A stretch of DNA of 64,000 nucleotides from Mayamaea pseudoterrestris (Eukaryota). The notes beneath the pieces were generated by a model. The model saw only the letters and a program-made list of their open reading frames with translations, was not told the origin of the DNA and ran no database searches. Position 1 is the stretch's first letter. Every line of letters begins with the position of its first letter. The position numbers and the translations under genes are program-made. This document shows, piece by piece, positions 23,179 through 33,634 of this stretch. The stretch covers positions 1,364,001 to 1,428,000 of the forward strand of contig BROI01000001.1 in assembly GCA_027923505.1 (NCBI GenBank), given 5' to 3'.

Positions 23179-26100
23179 TGCAGGTCGATTCGATGGCTTT
23201 GCCGAGGAAGTGTCGAACTGGATGCTCAGCGTGCCCGGTCCGAATATGTCGCCGTTCATCATCATTGCGCGCTGTGCTGATTCTGGATCAGCAAATTCCA
23301 GAAGAGCTTTCCCTACTGGTTGGCCATCAGCATGCAGTGGCAGTTCGCAACTGACCAATTCTCCAAAGGTTGAGAATTGCTGATAAACTTCTTCTCGCGA
23401 CATTCTCCAATTCAATCCTGTAACGACAAGTTTAACCGATCCGCCACGTGACGATGCCCGACCTTGTTCAGGTGGCGGTCTGTCGCCAGCTCTCTCTTGC
23501 ATACGGCGCTCTTCTCGTGCAATCTTTTCCTCCAAGAACCTTATCTTTGCCTCCATCTCGGCTTCGAGTTCGGCCTCTTCGCGGGGTTGCGCTTCGGAAC
23601 GTTGATTGTTACGGGCAGGTGTTTCTCTTTCATCTGGTCGCCCTTGCGAAACGAAAAAATCGTCTCTCGTGCTGCCTTTTGACGAAGAAGATGTGGACTG
23701 TCCTTCCGCTGACGGAAGACTGGCTATATACTCTTCTCGTTCTTTCTCCAGTGCCATGTATTTTTCTTTCCACAAGGAGACTTCCTCACTCGTCAACTTT
23801 ACCTTCTCTTCAAGACCTTTATTTTCGCTTTCCTGCTGGTCAATCAAAGCTAGCATATTCTTTCTCTCTTCAAATAAATCCTTTACATCTTCATCGGACT
23901 GGGATGCTTTGGCGGATATACTAGTCAACTCTCGTTTGATATTCGTGTTTTCCTTTTCGAGTGCATCGGCCCGCTTTTGCAGCTTTCTGCGCGCTTCTTC
24001 GAGACCGATGGACTTTTGAAATTCATTCGACGCCACTTCGCTTGAAGACGCCAGCTCAGTCTTTAGTTCTGTATTCTCCTTTCCCAAGGTATCAACACGC
24101 TCTAAAAGTTTTGTCTGATTGTACTGTAACAACTTGAGCTTGTCGTCGATTTCTGATTGTGCTTCTGATGCTGATACGTTAGCAGTCTTTAGTTTACCAT
24201 TCTCGTTCTCAAGCGTCTCGACGCGCTGAAGCAGCTCGTCCCTCTCCGACTCTACCTTTTTGTACTTCTCATCCGATATTACCGTAGCATTCTTGCTGAT
24301 AGACATGCGGTTCTGTAGCTCAGCATTTTTTTTCTCCAGCATCTCCAATCTCGCATCGGCATCCTTTTGCTTCGCAACAATCTCGTTGTATTTCTGATCC
24401 GCAATGGCGGCTGTTTCGTTTGCTTTATCTAGCAAAGATTGCAGATTGAGGTTTTCCTTTTCGAGCGATTCAACTCGTGCGTTCATTTTCTCGCGTAGCG
24501 CCTCTAGTTCCTTGCTTGTAACGCCAGACTGAGAAACAACATCGTTAACTGAAGAAAGTTCTTTGCGAAGGCCTTCGTTTTCCTTTTGCAACGTCTCGGA
24601 TCGACTTGAAAAGCTGTCGCGGTCAACGCTCATCTTATTGTACTTATCCTCCCACTGCGATACCACCACGCTTGTAGCAGATAGTTCTTGGTGTAACGCT
24701 TTATTCTCCTGCTCCAATGTATCCAATCGCGAGCGAAGAGTAACAAGTTCCTGCTTGTCTCCTTCCAAAGCCTTGTAGATTTCGTCCCATTGTGTCACAA
24801 CGTCGTACGCCTCCGATAGTTCCGCCTTTGGTGGCTCTGAATGGGACTCGCTTTCATCGTTTAGTGACACGGAGACAGCCTCCAATTCCTCCGGAACGTC
24901 AGGCTCGGTGGAATTACGAAACTCAATATTATCGCCAGCTAACTCCCCTTGTACCATGCTAGCCGCATCCACGGACGATTCTCGGAGCTGCTGTGGCTCT
25001 TCAACTTTATCAACTACATCCTTGTCGACGTTGGTGGTAATGGTCGATTCCGCACTCTTCAACGGCGCCATATCTGCTGTTTGATCCTTGTCGAAACTAG
25101 ACGAGGACGTTTGCTTCGTGTCTGGCGGCGGCAATTCATACTGCACACTGAGTCGACCGTATCCATAGTAGTCGGATCCATCCATTTTTAATGCCGCGGC
25201 CGCTCCATCGGCGTGCGCAAACTCCATGGACGCTTCGCCCTTGGCCAAACCGTCGCCACCAAGCGTCAATTTGCAGGCGAAAATCTCGCCGCACGAAGCA
25301 AAATGCTGAATCACTTCTTGGTTCGAAAGCTTCCAGGGCAGTCCACGAATATAGATTTTGGTGTCTGACGACGTCTCTGGTTGACGTTTCGATGCAGTGC
25401 GGCTGGAGCGAAAGACTGGCGACGCTTGGTTCAGCCGCGTGACGGTTGGCTTTTCTTTTGCAATATAGTGACCATACTTGATACTTAGTATACCTTCACC
25501 AAAGTAGTCCATGCCATTCGTCTTGACGGCTTGTATTGCCGCTCCAACGTCCCGAAACTCTAATAGCGCCGTGCCCGTCGTTTGTCCGTCGTTTCCTGCC
25601 AAGACTTTGCAAAAGACCAATTGTCCAAAGGAGGAAAAGTGCTGCACAATCTCCTGCTGACTCGCCTTCCACGGCAGTCCGCTGACTTGAATCTTGGTGC
25701 TGATGGTGCTTGTTTCGTCGACTTTGTTTTCGTCATCGTCATGATCGACTGAATCGTTGTTGTTGACCGAGTCGACAAAGAACTTGCTAGGCAATGGGGG
25801 CGGTGGCACAGTGGACGAGTTGTCGTCCACAGACGCGACAGAAGAAAAGTTACTTTCACCAGCACCACTACTACTAGTAACATTCGTCTTGCTTTCTTGT
25901 TGCGGAAACAATACTTGATGCAGCATGTAGTCGGTCCACTCTTGGCCAAAGAGCGACTTGAGCATGGGCTTGGCCGGGTCATTGTTGACGCGATATGTGA
26001 TATAGTCGGCTTGATGGTTGATTGAGTTGGCGCCACCTTCGGCAGCTGTAGCAACCACTATATTATCCTTTTGCTCACTGAGCAGTTGCAAGTAAATGTG

Positions 26101-26982
26101 TAAATGTTCCTCAAAGGCTTGCAGCAGTGGTCCTTGTATGGTTGGCAGTGGATTGTCGTCCTTGTCGCCGTCCTTGCCGCCAAAGCGCGTCCACAAGGCA
26201 TGCTTGGAAACATACGGCAGCACCGCCTCCGGCATGGTGCCACCCCACGGAAACTGCTGATTGACGTGAGTCTCGTGCCAAGATTGAAACTTTCGCGCAT
26301 ACACTTCGTTAGCATCAACATCCAACGCCATTGGCTGCGCGTCCAGTAGAATGAGGTGCTTGTTTCCCGGCAGACTGACAAAGTCGGCGCCCCAGACTGG
26401 TAGATTGGAGTTGGTGTTTGGAAAAATGACCAAGTTGAGCACTTGAATGCCGGCAGTGCTAACGTTAGTTGATAGTGACGTTGACTCTGCAGTTGCAGTT
26501 GTTGTGGAAAAGGGTATCGTTTCAAGCAGCACCATGCGCGCGTAGCGAATTGGAATACTGCTGCTGCCACTACTGCTACTCGACGACGCCTGCAACGCCC
26601 GCGCCGTCATGCGCACCACGTAGTCTTCCTTGGGTGTCTTGGCGGGAACGAGCCGACTGGTGTAGTCGGGATCCAAATCGACGGGTTCCAATCCGGGCGT
26701 TTGCTCCAGCTGCTTCCAAGCGGTTTCGGCAAAGGCAGAGTATGTTCCTGAATAGTAGTTGTTGCTTGATGATGACTTCAATGACGACGATTTTGATGAT
26801 TCAAATGCTGCTCCTTCCGTATTGTGACTCGCAAGAGCCGTTAGCTCTGCTGCACCTTTGCTGGTCCGCCTCCATCCGGTCGAAACATGGAGGCAGCTGC
26901 TGCGACGAGGTGCGACAAAGGCATGCGCCACTTGGGTCCATGGTAGCAGCAGCGCAATTTTCATGGCGTCTACTACTTTCAT
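22747..26982 (-). CDS. Plastid-targeted ferredoxin-dependent bilin reductase (PebB/HY2 type) fused to four RRM domains and a long coiled coil
   Basis: Signal peptide ending AHA-FVAP. FDBR motifs IQVLNLVIFP, LPVWGADFVSLP, LDAQP, PWGG.MP, ALWTR and Q.DY..YR..NDPA..ML..LFG.EW. Four RRMs with RNP2 (IQVSGL, IYIRGL, LVVTGL, IQIGGL) and RNP1-like G.A..EF. Single open frame. Confidence 0.85.
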   Translation of the reverse strand: MKVVDAMKIALLLPWTQVAHAFVAPRRSSCLHVSTGWRRTSKGAAELTALASHNTEGAAFESSKSSSLKSSSSNNYYSGTYSAFAETAWKQLEQTPGLEPVDLDPDYTSRLVPAKTPKEDYVVRMTARALQASSSSSSGSSSIPIRYARMVLLETIPFSTTTATAESTSLSTNVSTAGIQVLNLVIFPNTNSNLPVWGADFVSLPGNKHLILLDAQPMALDVDANEVYARKFQSWHETHVNQQFPWGGTMPEAVLPYVSKHALWTRFGGKDGDKDDNPLPTIQGPLLQAFEEHLHIYLQLLSEQKDNIVVATAAEGGANSINHQADYITYRVNNDPAKPMLKSLFGQEWTDYMLHQVLFPQQESKTNVTSSSGAGESNFSSVASVDDNSSTVPPPPLPSKFFVDSVNNNDSVDHDDDENKVDETSTISTKIQVSGLPWKASQQEIVQHFSSFGQLVFCKVLAGNDGQTTGTALLEFRDVGAAIQAVKTNGMDYFGEGILSIKYGHYIAKEKPTVTRLNQASPVFRSSRTASKRQPETSSDTKIYIRGLPWKLSNQEVIQHFASCGEIFACKLTLGGDGLAKGEASMEFAHADGAAAALKMDGSDYYGYGRLSVQYELPPPDTKQTSSSSFDKDQTADMAPLKSAESTITTNVDKDVVDKVEEPQQLRESSVDAASMVQGELAGDNIEFRNSTEPDVPEELEAVSVSLNDESESHSEPPKAELSEAYDVVTQWDEIYKALEGDKQELVTLRSRLDTLEQENKALHQELSATSVVVSQWEDKYNKMSVDRDSFSSRSETLQKENEGLRKELSSVNDVVSQSGVTSKELEALREKMNARVESLEKENLNLQSLLDKANETAAIADQKYNEIVAKQKDADARLEMLEKKNAELQNRMSISKNATVISDEKYKKVESERDELLQRVETLENENGKLKTANVSASEAQSEIDDKLKLLQYNQTKLLERVDTLGKENTELKTELASSSEVASNEFQKSIGLEEARRKLQKRADALEKENTNIKRELTSISAKASQSDEDVKDLFEERKNMLALIDQQESENKGLEEKVKLTSEEVSLWKEKYMALEKEREEYIASLPSAEGQSTSSSSKGSTRDDFFVSQGRPDERETPARNNQRSEAQPREEAELEAEMEAKIRFLEEKIAREERRMQERAGDRPPPEQGRASSRGGSVKLVVTGLNWRMSREEVYQQFSTFGELVSCELPLHADGQPVGKALLEFADPESAQRAMMMNGDIFGPGTLSIQFDTSSAKPSNRPASPRQSVVSSRSGNERYGSHHAAPTGGAAAASDRVVPPYRKIQIGGLPWRTQKQDLMDYFSTFGPINSCNLQVQGDGRSSGSATIEFGNAESAARAMQMNGREYYGDARLSIQYLSPSGAPIDMRAKPKPNTQSLADEDTSWYN

Positions 26983-27666
26983 CTTCCTTGCTGTCTTGTC
27001 AAGAAGCAAGCAGAGTATAGTATAATATGCAAGCGTACCGGTATCTCTCTGTTGATTGAATTTTGCGAGTGATGGATGGATCATGGATCCTCGTCGGCGA
27101 GGCATGCGTGTCACACTTCATGTCGTACTGCGATCGACTGACGATGTCATACCGTTACTAACTGTAAACACGGTTCGACGCTAGCAACTCGCTCAAGAGA
27201 TACCGTATATGTGCAAGGCCCTGTACACTCATTGTCGCGACGATGGCTGCGGTAGGTATTTGTGTATAGTGTTGGACTCGACCGTCATTGCTCTAATGAA
27301 TATCCAATTGATCCCGTTGCCTTGTACTAGCGCTGGAGTGCAACGAGTTGTATCAAGACTGATGATTTGAGTAACGCACGAATGGAGGCTATAATCGAAA
27401 AACTGATCCACATGGTTTTGTTGAGTCATGACTTATCTTACTCGCAAAGCACATGGGCTCATCATCACAGCCCCTTGCCAATGCGAAGAATTCGACAGTT
27501 AACCACGGGATTAGTTCTTGTCTTGTTTATGGATGCCATCCTTTATTCCTTCGTACGTTGTTCCTAATCTTCCATGCAGAATTCGCCTCGCCAATAACAA
27601 AGCGCCGGTTCCACTTGCTCTCATAAAATCAGTTTCCCACTTGCACACAATCACATTAAGATCACC

Positions 27667-28113
27667 ATGAAGACCATCATCTGCAACTTCCTCTTCGCCT
27701 TGACGCTCGCCGCTTCCACAAACGCCGCGCCGGCGCTCCGTGGTCTCGCCCGGAGCTGCAACTCTGAATGCTCCGCCGTCTTTACCACGTGCATTCGCGC
27801 ACCGGGAGCTGACAAGTCCGTTTGCAGGACTGCCAAAAAGGCGTGCCAGCTTGTCTGCAAGACGACGACTGACGTGAGTGTTCCATTGGAGGACGTTGAT
27901 CAAGTCGTCGATGATACCGAGAAGGACGTTGACGAAATCGTCGATGAGGTTGAGGATGTTGTTGATGAGGTCGTCGATGTTCCAAAGGTCGAATCCAAGG
28001 GCAAGTGCGTCAGCACGTGCGCCAAAGTCAAGAACGCTTGCATGAAGGCGGCTACTAGTAAGGAGAAGAAGGAGTGCATGCCAATCTTCAAGACCTGCAA
28101 GGAGGCATGTTAA
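27667..28113 (+). CDS. Small secreted protein with two six-cysteine units and an acidic spacer
   Basis: Signal peptide, then LRGL; two Cx3Cx6Cx10-11Cx6Cx3C units flank a D/E/V-rich linker; C/G-ending codon bias. Confidence 0.82.
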   Translation: MKTIICNFLFALTLAASTNAAPALRGLARSCNSECSAVFTTCIRAPGADKSVCRTAKKACQLVCKTTTDVSVPLEDVDQVVDDTEKDVDEIVDEVEDVVDEVVDVPKVESKGKCVSTCAKVKNACMKAATSKEKKECMPIFKTCKEAC

Positions 28114-28646
28114 GCGGTGGATTTGTTTGAGTGGACACGCGAGAACTATACAATCATAACCTTCTACTTTATAACGAGTATACAAAATAACTAGACTTAA
28201 TGTACATGAACAATATATATCATCTGATAGCTCGGACTTGTGACAGTATAATCCTACCGGTACCGGTAGTACAGCATTTGCTAACAATAGTCCGCGCAAC
28301 AAAGTTCTGTGGAACAAAAGTAAGACATCATGACGAGTGAGTGCTGGACAGTTGTCAATAGGTTACAATCTTTGCATGTCTCTTTGCGGCGGCGTTGACA
28401 GCTGTGGCTGGCAGCTACGTAGGTATCGAGATGCAATATTAGCTACCGTAGCTTGTCGACGCCGCGGAATTGTCGCAGCGTCGCTAAAAGTCGCACCATT
28501 ACTGCTGCGACATCTTCCATCGAGATCTTCGAAATCCATTCGAGAGAACGTCACCATGGTAATTCTCCGTTCATATCCTTTCAGTGCTCCTGCTATCGAG
28601 CTAAGCTACTCCAGTCGTAATTCAATTAATTTGCTTGCTATTAAGG

Positions 28647-31600
28647 ATGCGGCGAAACGATTACCACGATGAGCATGATGCTGCGGAAGGCACGCCTCTT
28701 CTCCTGCAATCAATATCCGTTTCAAAGCTTCCCCTTCATTTCCACCAAAAGCATGCAACGATGAAACGGCCGTCGCATTCTTGTCGTTCAGCAGCAGGAC
28801 TGACTGCTAGCCTGATACTCGTTGTTGCCATGTTGCTCATGGTGGTTCCATTCTTGACGCAACATGGTAACTCCATGTCGGCATCCGCAGTCATGGATAT
28901 TGTACAACCTGGAATTTATCATTTAGAACCAATCGAAACAAAAGATACGACCAATCAAACAAACAATGAACAGCCGCAGCAGAAGCCACGAGAAGCGAAT
29001 GTGACAGTCGAGGAAGAGAAAACTCCAGTCGCGAATGCTTCAGCTGCAGCCGATATTCCAAACGATCAAGCAGACAACGACGGAGGCGATGAGCAAGAGC
29101 AGCAAACCAAAGATACTACAGTACCCAAGACGAGCCTCAAGTTTCCAGTACCCCTTTCACCGCTCGTGAGACCTAACAATTTGCCGCCGACGTTCATGAA
29201 TGAAACTGTGGACGTTGCGGAGGATTCTGGAGCAGACGAACATGTTACGGTGATTGCCACTCCCACCGTTACGCAGGCTCCTACCGCCGCTCCGAGTAAG
29301 TCCATAGCACCAGTTCCTACTTCAAACCAAGACGAGTCTAAAAATATTGGCCAGGAAGAACAAGATGAGGTAACCGATGATGAGGAGGAAGAAACATTCG
29401 CCGAGCTAGCAGTTCGACTCCTTCCGCTCTACTACCAGCGAATGCTTGCCACGCTTGACGCGCTCACACCCACGGTCCAGCCAGGCCAAGTCTACGTTTC
29501 GCGCAAGGCAATACTCAAGGTTCGAGACTTGTTGGACGTATTTGCTCCCATTTATCCGAATCGCAAGATGGAAGTGCATGATGACGTTGCTGTAGCGCAG
29601 ACGCAGCGCCAGCAAACGTCATTTGACCATGCTGCGATTCACGAGGAGCAAGAGAATGCGAGATACGATCATCGCCGGCATCATCATCACCACCACCACA
29701 ATGCTCGACGTCACGACGGGGAAAGCAAACATCCCCATCACCACCATGATCATCATCGCGTCCTTTCATCCAAGCACAAGCATGACAAGAACAAGCACCA
29801 TCATCATCACTCCGACAGTAGCAAGACAGACTCACGCCATGCGGACAAGACTGACCCTTGGTGGGAACTCCGGCGTTTGCTCGACGGTGGATACGAAACG
29901 ATTGGTACATTTTTGGATCTGGACCACTCGCGCGTCAAATACACGACCAAAATGGAAACCAAGCATCGCGACAAAGTCTTGGATTGGCTCGAAGAGTTTC
30001 GCAAGTACGCCTTTACGCACGACGTGTTGAGCATGTTTCAGCCACCCCCAAGTCACTTTGGAACCTACGAACACTACAAGGAGTCGCACTTGTTTTGGGG
30101 CAGCGCCAAGGAAACCAAGCGTCCCAGTCCCGACGAACCGGCAGCAGCGGTGCTGCGACGACTTTTGAAACATCAAGCCAAGGCTGCTGCAAAGTACTTG
30201 GATGTGTCGCTTGACTTTCGTACCGTCATGGAAAAGAAGCGACACGAGGAATATCACAATCTGCGCAAGGTGCTGCGATCCATGGTGGATGAGTTTGAAA
30301 TTATGGGCGACGTCATTGATCCGTATGGAATATTGTCAGAGGAAGTAAGCGTGCTAAAGAGGGCGAGGAGCAGTCTCGGAGATTTGAACGACGATTACAC
30401 GGCGTTTAGCATTTACGACGGCGGTGATGGACATCGACGCAGGAAACATGGACGAGAGGATAGCATCCACGATAAGTGGCTTGACTTTAAGAAGTGGGCG
30501 GTCCAAAAGGGAGGGCTCAAGGACACACTGAAAAGCTTGGAAGAAAAACTTGACGAAGCCAAGTAAGTGCGGAATCCATCTACATCACAATAGTTATTCA
30601 ACAACGCAACGCACGTACTAACGATAATCAACACTTCATTACAATCATTATTTCGTTTTTGTAGTGAAATGTCTACTCTTTCGTTGACAGGTTTTCTCGA
30701 ATCTGTAAAGCGCCGACCTACTCATCACATTGTGATCGGAAACGGAGCTGGAGATGCCGACTCCATCGTTAGCGCCGTAACACTGGCTTATATTGAATCG
30801 TTGGGAAAGAATTCGGTCGTCAAGACTCCCATTGTATCCGTTTCAAGACGGGCGCTTGAAAGACAACGACCTGAGGTGAAGCTGCTCTTTCAGCTTGCTG
30901 AAGTTTCGGTCGACTCTTTGATATGCACCGACGATTACTTGATGCAGCAGAGGGATATGAGCGACTACGATGTCACGCTTGTGGACCACAACGCCATTGA
31001 ATCAACATTCCAAGACAGAGGCTGGACAGTGCGGGAGATTGTTGATCACCACAAAGATCAAGGCTTGTACCGCACAACAACCTGCTGCGGCTCGAACCGC
31101 ACCATCGCCTTTGCCCATGGCAAGCCCACCGCCGTGTCAACGTGCGTTCTGGTCTTTGAGCGCATGCAAAAACTAGCGAAGGAGCCGTATCCATCCTCGG
31201 TGGGGCTCTTGCTCCTTGGAGTCATATTGCTGGACTCGCTCAACTTGTCGACTGACACCCGGCAAGTTTCGCGCCGCGACAAGGATGCAGTTAGCAATTT
31301 ACAAAAGAGCGTTGACTGGGAGAGCTTGCCAGAGTCGACGAAGCGAAGGCTGGTCATGATAAATTCTACCCAGCCTGACCTGACGACTCTTTTTCGCGTG
31401 TTGCAATCGGCCCGATATGACCCAGAGTTTTGGGATGCATTGTCCGTCAACGAGGCGCTCGACTACGATTTCAAAGAGTACTCGTACGGCAGCGGCTCCT
31501 TTGGAGTATCAACCATTCTCGTGCCATTGAACCGGTTTTTGACCAAGCCTTATCTGGAGGAAAACATTCTTGCATTCATGGCGGCAGTCAACACTGACTT

Positions 31601-31877
31601 CTTGGCGATTATGCTCGCAAACGAATCGGGAACGGGCAGCGAGCAGCGACGCCAGCTCATGCTATGTGGTACAAACTACTTTCCCATGCACGATCTTGTC
31701 AATTTCTTGACGAGCGATCAGTACAAGGGCGAGCCATTGCAACTAAAAGAGATCCCTCACACCCGCTACAGTTCCATCCTGACGATGCGATTCTTTGACC
31801 AAGGCAATGTACTGAGCAGTCGCAAGCAAATTGGTCCCATTTTGGTGCAGTTCTTTGAGGAGTTTTGGCAGGCGTAA
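28647..31877 (+). CDS. Predicted single gene: type II membrane CHAD-domain plus Ppx1/Prune-type exopolyphosphatase fusion, 2 exons (28647-30562, 30665-31877), 1042 aa
   Basis: CHAD-like helices SRKAILKVRDLLDVFAP and HEEYHNLRKVLR...LKRARSSLGDLND. DHH/DHHA2 motifs GN..GDADS, LVDHN, IVDHH, ILLDS.NL, DFKEY and SRKQI.P. Intron 30563-30664 has a GTAAGT donor, TACTAAC branch point (30616-30622), pyrimidine tract and TAG, and gives in-frame AA|T GAA ATG. Confidence 0.82.
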
Positions 31878-32252
31878 TGTAACATTGTTACTTGGTTCCG
31901 CGCGAATTAGAGATACTACTGCCGACTCATACACTACCTCCTTTCGAATATTCCTTAATGCTGATCCGTTCGTCTTACTTATCGGCTGGTAACTTGGTGC
32001 CGCAACGCTCTTGTCAGACTGCTGGTTGCCAAGTGGATCGAGGACGCGACAAATGTCGTCCCGATGACTACGTTAGGCCGTCTCGCCGACGAGGATATAT
32101 CGTCTATTGCAATACATAATATACAATTGCTAATTATAGCTCCTATTCAAGATTGACAAAGCTGCACGCTTCGCCAGGTAGGAAAGCTTGTCGATCAACT
32201 GTCATCAATCTCCATTCCGTCGACCTTCCTCCACGAACCATCTACCGGTATA

Positions 32253-32840
32253 CTATATGAGACCACTCATTCTCCTCCTCATGAATCCCGAAGCAACATC
32301 TCGCGCAAATGGAATATAGCTGAGCGTATACCATGTAATGGCAACATACTGACAAAGCACCAAGACGATCAGCAAGAATGCTCCACCCGTCGTGACTGTC
32401 ACCAGCAGCGTCAAAAACAACGACCCCAAGTACAAGCACGTCGCCACGCGACGCACACTATGCAACATTTTCTGAAACTGCGTCCTCGGACCCGACAAAA
32501 AGAAGCTTCCCGCCAATGCAATCAAATTGCCAACCGTTGTGTTTAGCACAAAGGGAACGGCGTCGCCCTGCACCAAACTCTTGATGCGCCAAAAGGACCC
32601 CATGCTCAAAATGTAGCCGGCAATCATGCACGTGGCGCATCCAATCAAGCGCTCGCGCCACGATAGTTCGGGAAAGTATGTACATAGAAAGCATTCGTCA
32701 TCCTCGGCGTCGCTGAAGGAATCACTCGCGCTGCTGCTGCGCGTCGGAAGAAGACTTCGATAGTCAAAGTCAAGCATGGAGTTGCCGCCGGCTGCTGCTG
32801 TTGTGCTGCCGTCGGTACTAAAGGCTGTCGAGTGCATCAT
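32253..32840 (-). CDS. SFT2: Sft2/Got1-family vesicle transport protein
   Basis: LSWRERLIG...TVGNLIALAGSFFLSGP..Q..KM....R.VAT...Q..A..WY.LSYIPFAR with four TM segments. First plausible ATG at 32840. Confidence 0.88.
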   Translation of the reverse strand: MMHSTAFSTDGSTTAAAGGNSMLDFDYRSLLPTRSSSASDSFSDAEDDECFLCTYFPELSWRERLIGCATCMIAGYILSMGSFWRIKSLVQGDAVPFVLNTTVGNLIALAGSFFLSGPRTQFQKMLHSVRRVATCLYLGSLFLTLLVTVTTGGAFLLIVLVLCQYVAITWYTLSYIPFARDVASGFMRRRMSGLI

Positions 32841-33109
32841 GCTTGCTGTAAAATAAGAGTACTTATAGAACTGCGATATGGATTGGAAGGAAGAAAAAGG
32901 AGTTGGTAGAACCGTTGCGCTGAATGGGATCGGGCCAAGTCGTTCCATCCGTTTTGTTCTTCGGCGAAACCGCCGCGCCTCGCCACGCGCCGATTGGAAA
33001 TATCTTACCGGTTATGCCTCAATCGTACCGGCACTCATTCTGACTGCCACGTGGCGTCCCCAATGGCATCGCTTCCTCATCGCCTTCACAGTTTCGTCAC
33101 GTCGTCACC

Positions 33110-33634
33110 ATGGCAGTCTTCCCTCGCGGCGCAGCAATACTCATCGCCCTGTTGCTCTCCATGACTTCGAATAGCTTGTCCGCCGACGCTTTTGTAGCTG
33201 CTGTTCCTGGTAATGCTGCTAAAACATCTCGGGCGACTGCAGTAAACGGTGCATCGACGGCTGCTAGTCCAGCAACAGAAACAGAGGCTGCCGCTGCTGC
33301 ATCGTCCAACGACCAGCTACAAGTCCCTCTACTACCTGCATCCACTAGCAATGATCCAAGTATACCTCGCATTCAATTGGGAGGCGAAGGAATTTCCTTT
33401 GACCATATCGGTCCCATCATTATCAACGCGGACGGAACCACCAAGACGATTGACAACTGGAAGGACTTGTCATTGCAGGAGCAGCAAACCGCCTGGCGAC
33501 GCATCGCAAAACGCAACGAGGAACGACGAGCGGCACTACTGATAAAGCAGCAAGAGCAGACTGAAACTGATCAAGTGCTTGAACGTGAAATTGCAGAAGC
33601 AGAAGCAGCAGTAAAGGCGGATCAGGAGCTATAG
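33110..33634 (+). CDS. Conserved hypothetical protein with signal peptide and ASAF-like plastid motif
   Basis: Signal peptide ending ADA-FV. Compact conserved-looking domain GPIIINADGT...I.NW..L...EQ..AWRRIAKRN..R. Confidence 0.75.
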   Translation: MAVFPRGAAILIALLLSMTSNSLSADAFVAAVPGNAAKTSRATAVNGASTAASPATETEAAAAASSNDQLQVPLLPASTSNDPSIPRIQLGGEGISFDHIGPIIINADGTTKTIDNWKDLSLQEQQTAWRRIAKRNEERRAALLIKQQEQTETDQVLEREIAEAEAAVKADQEL

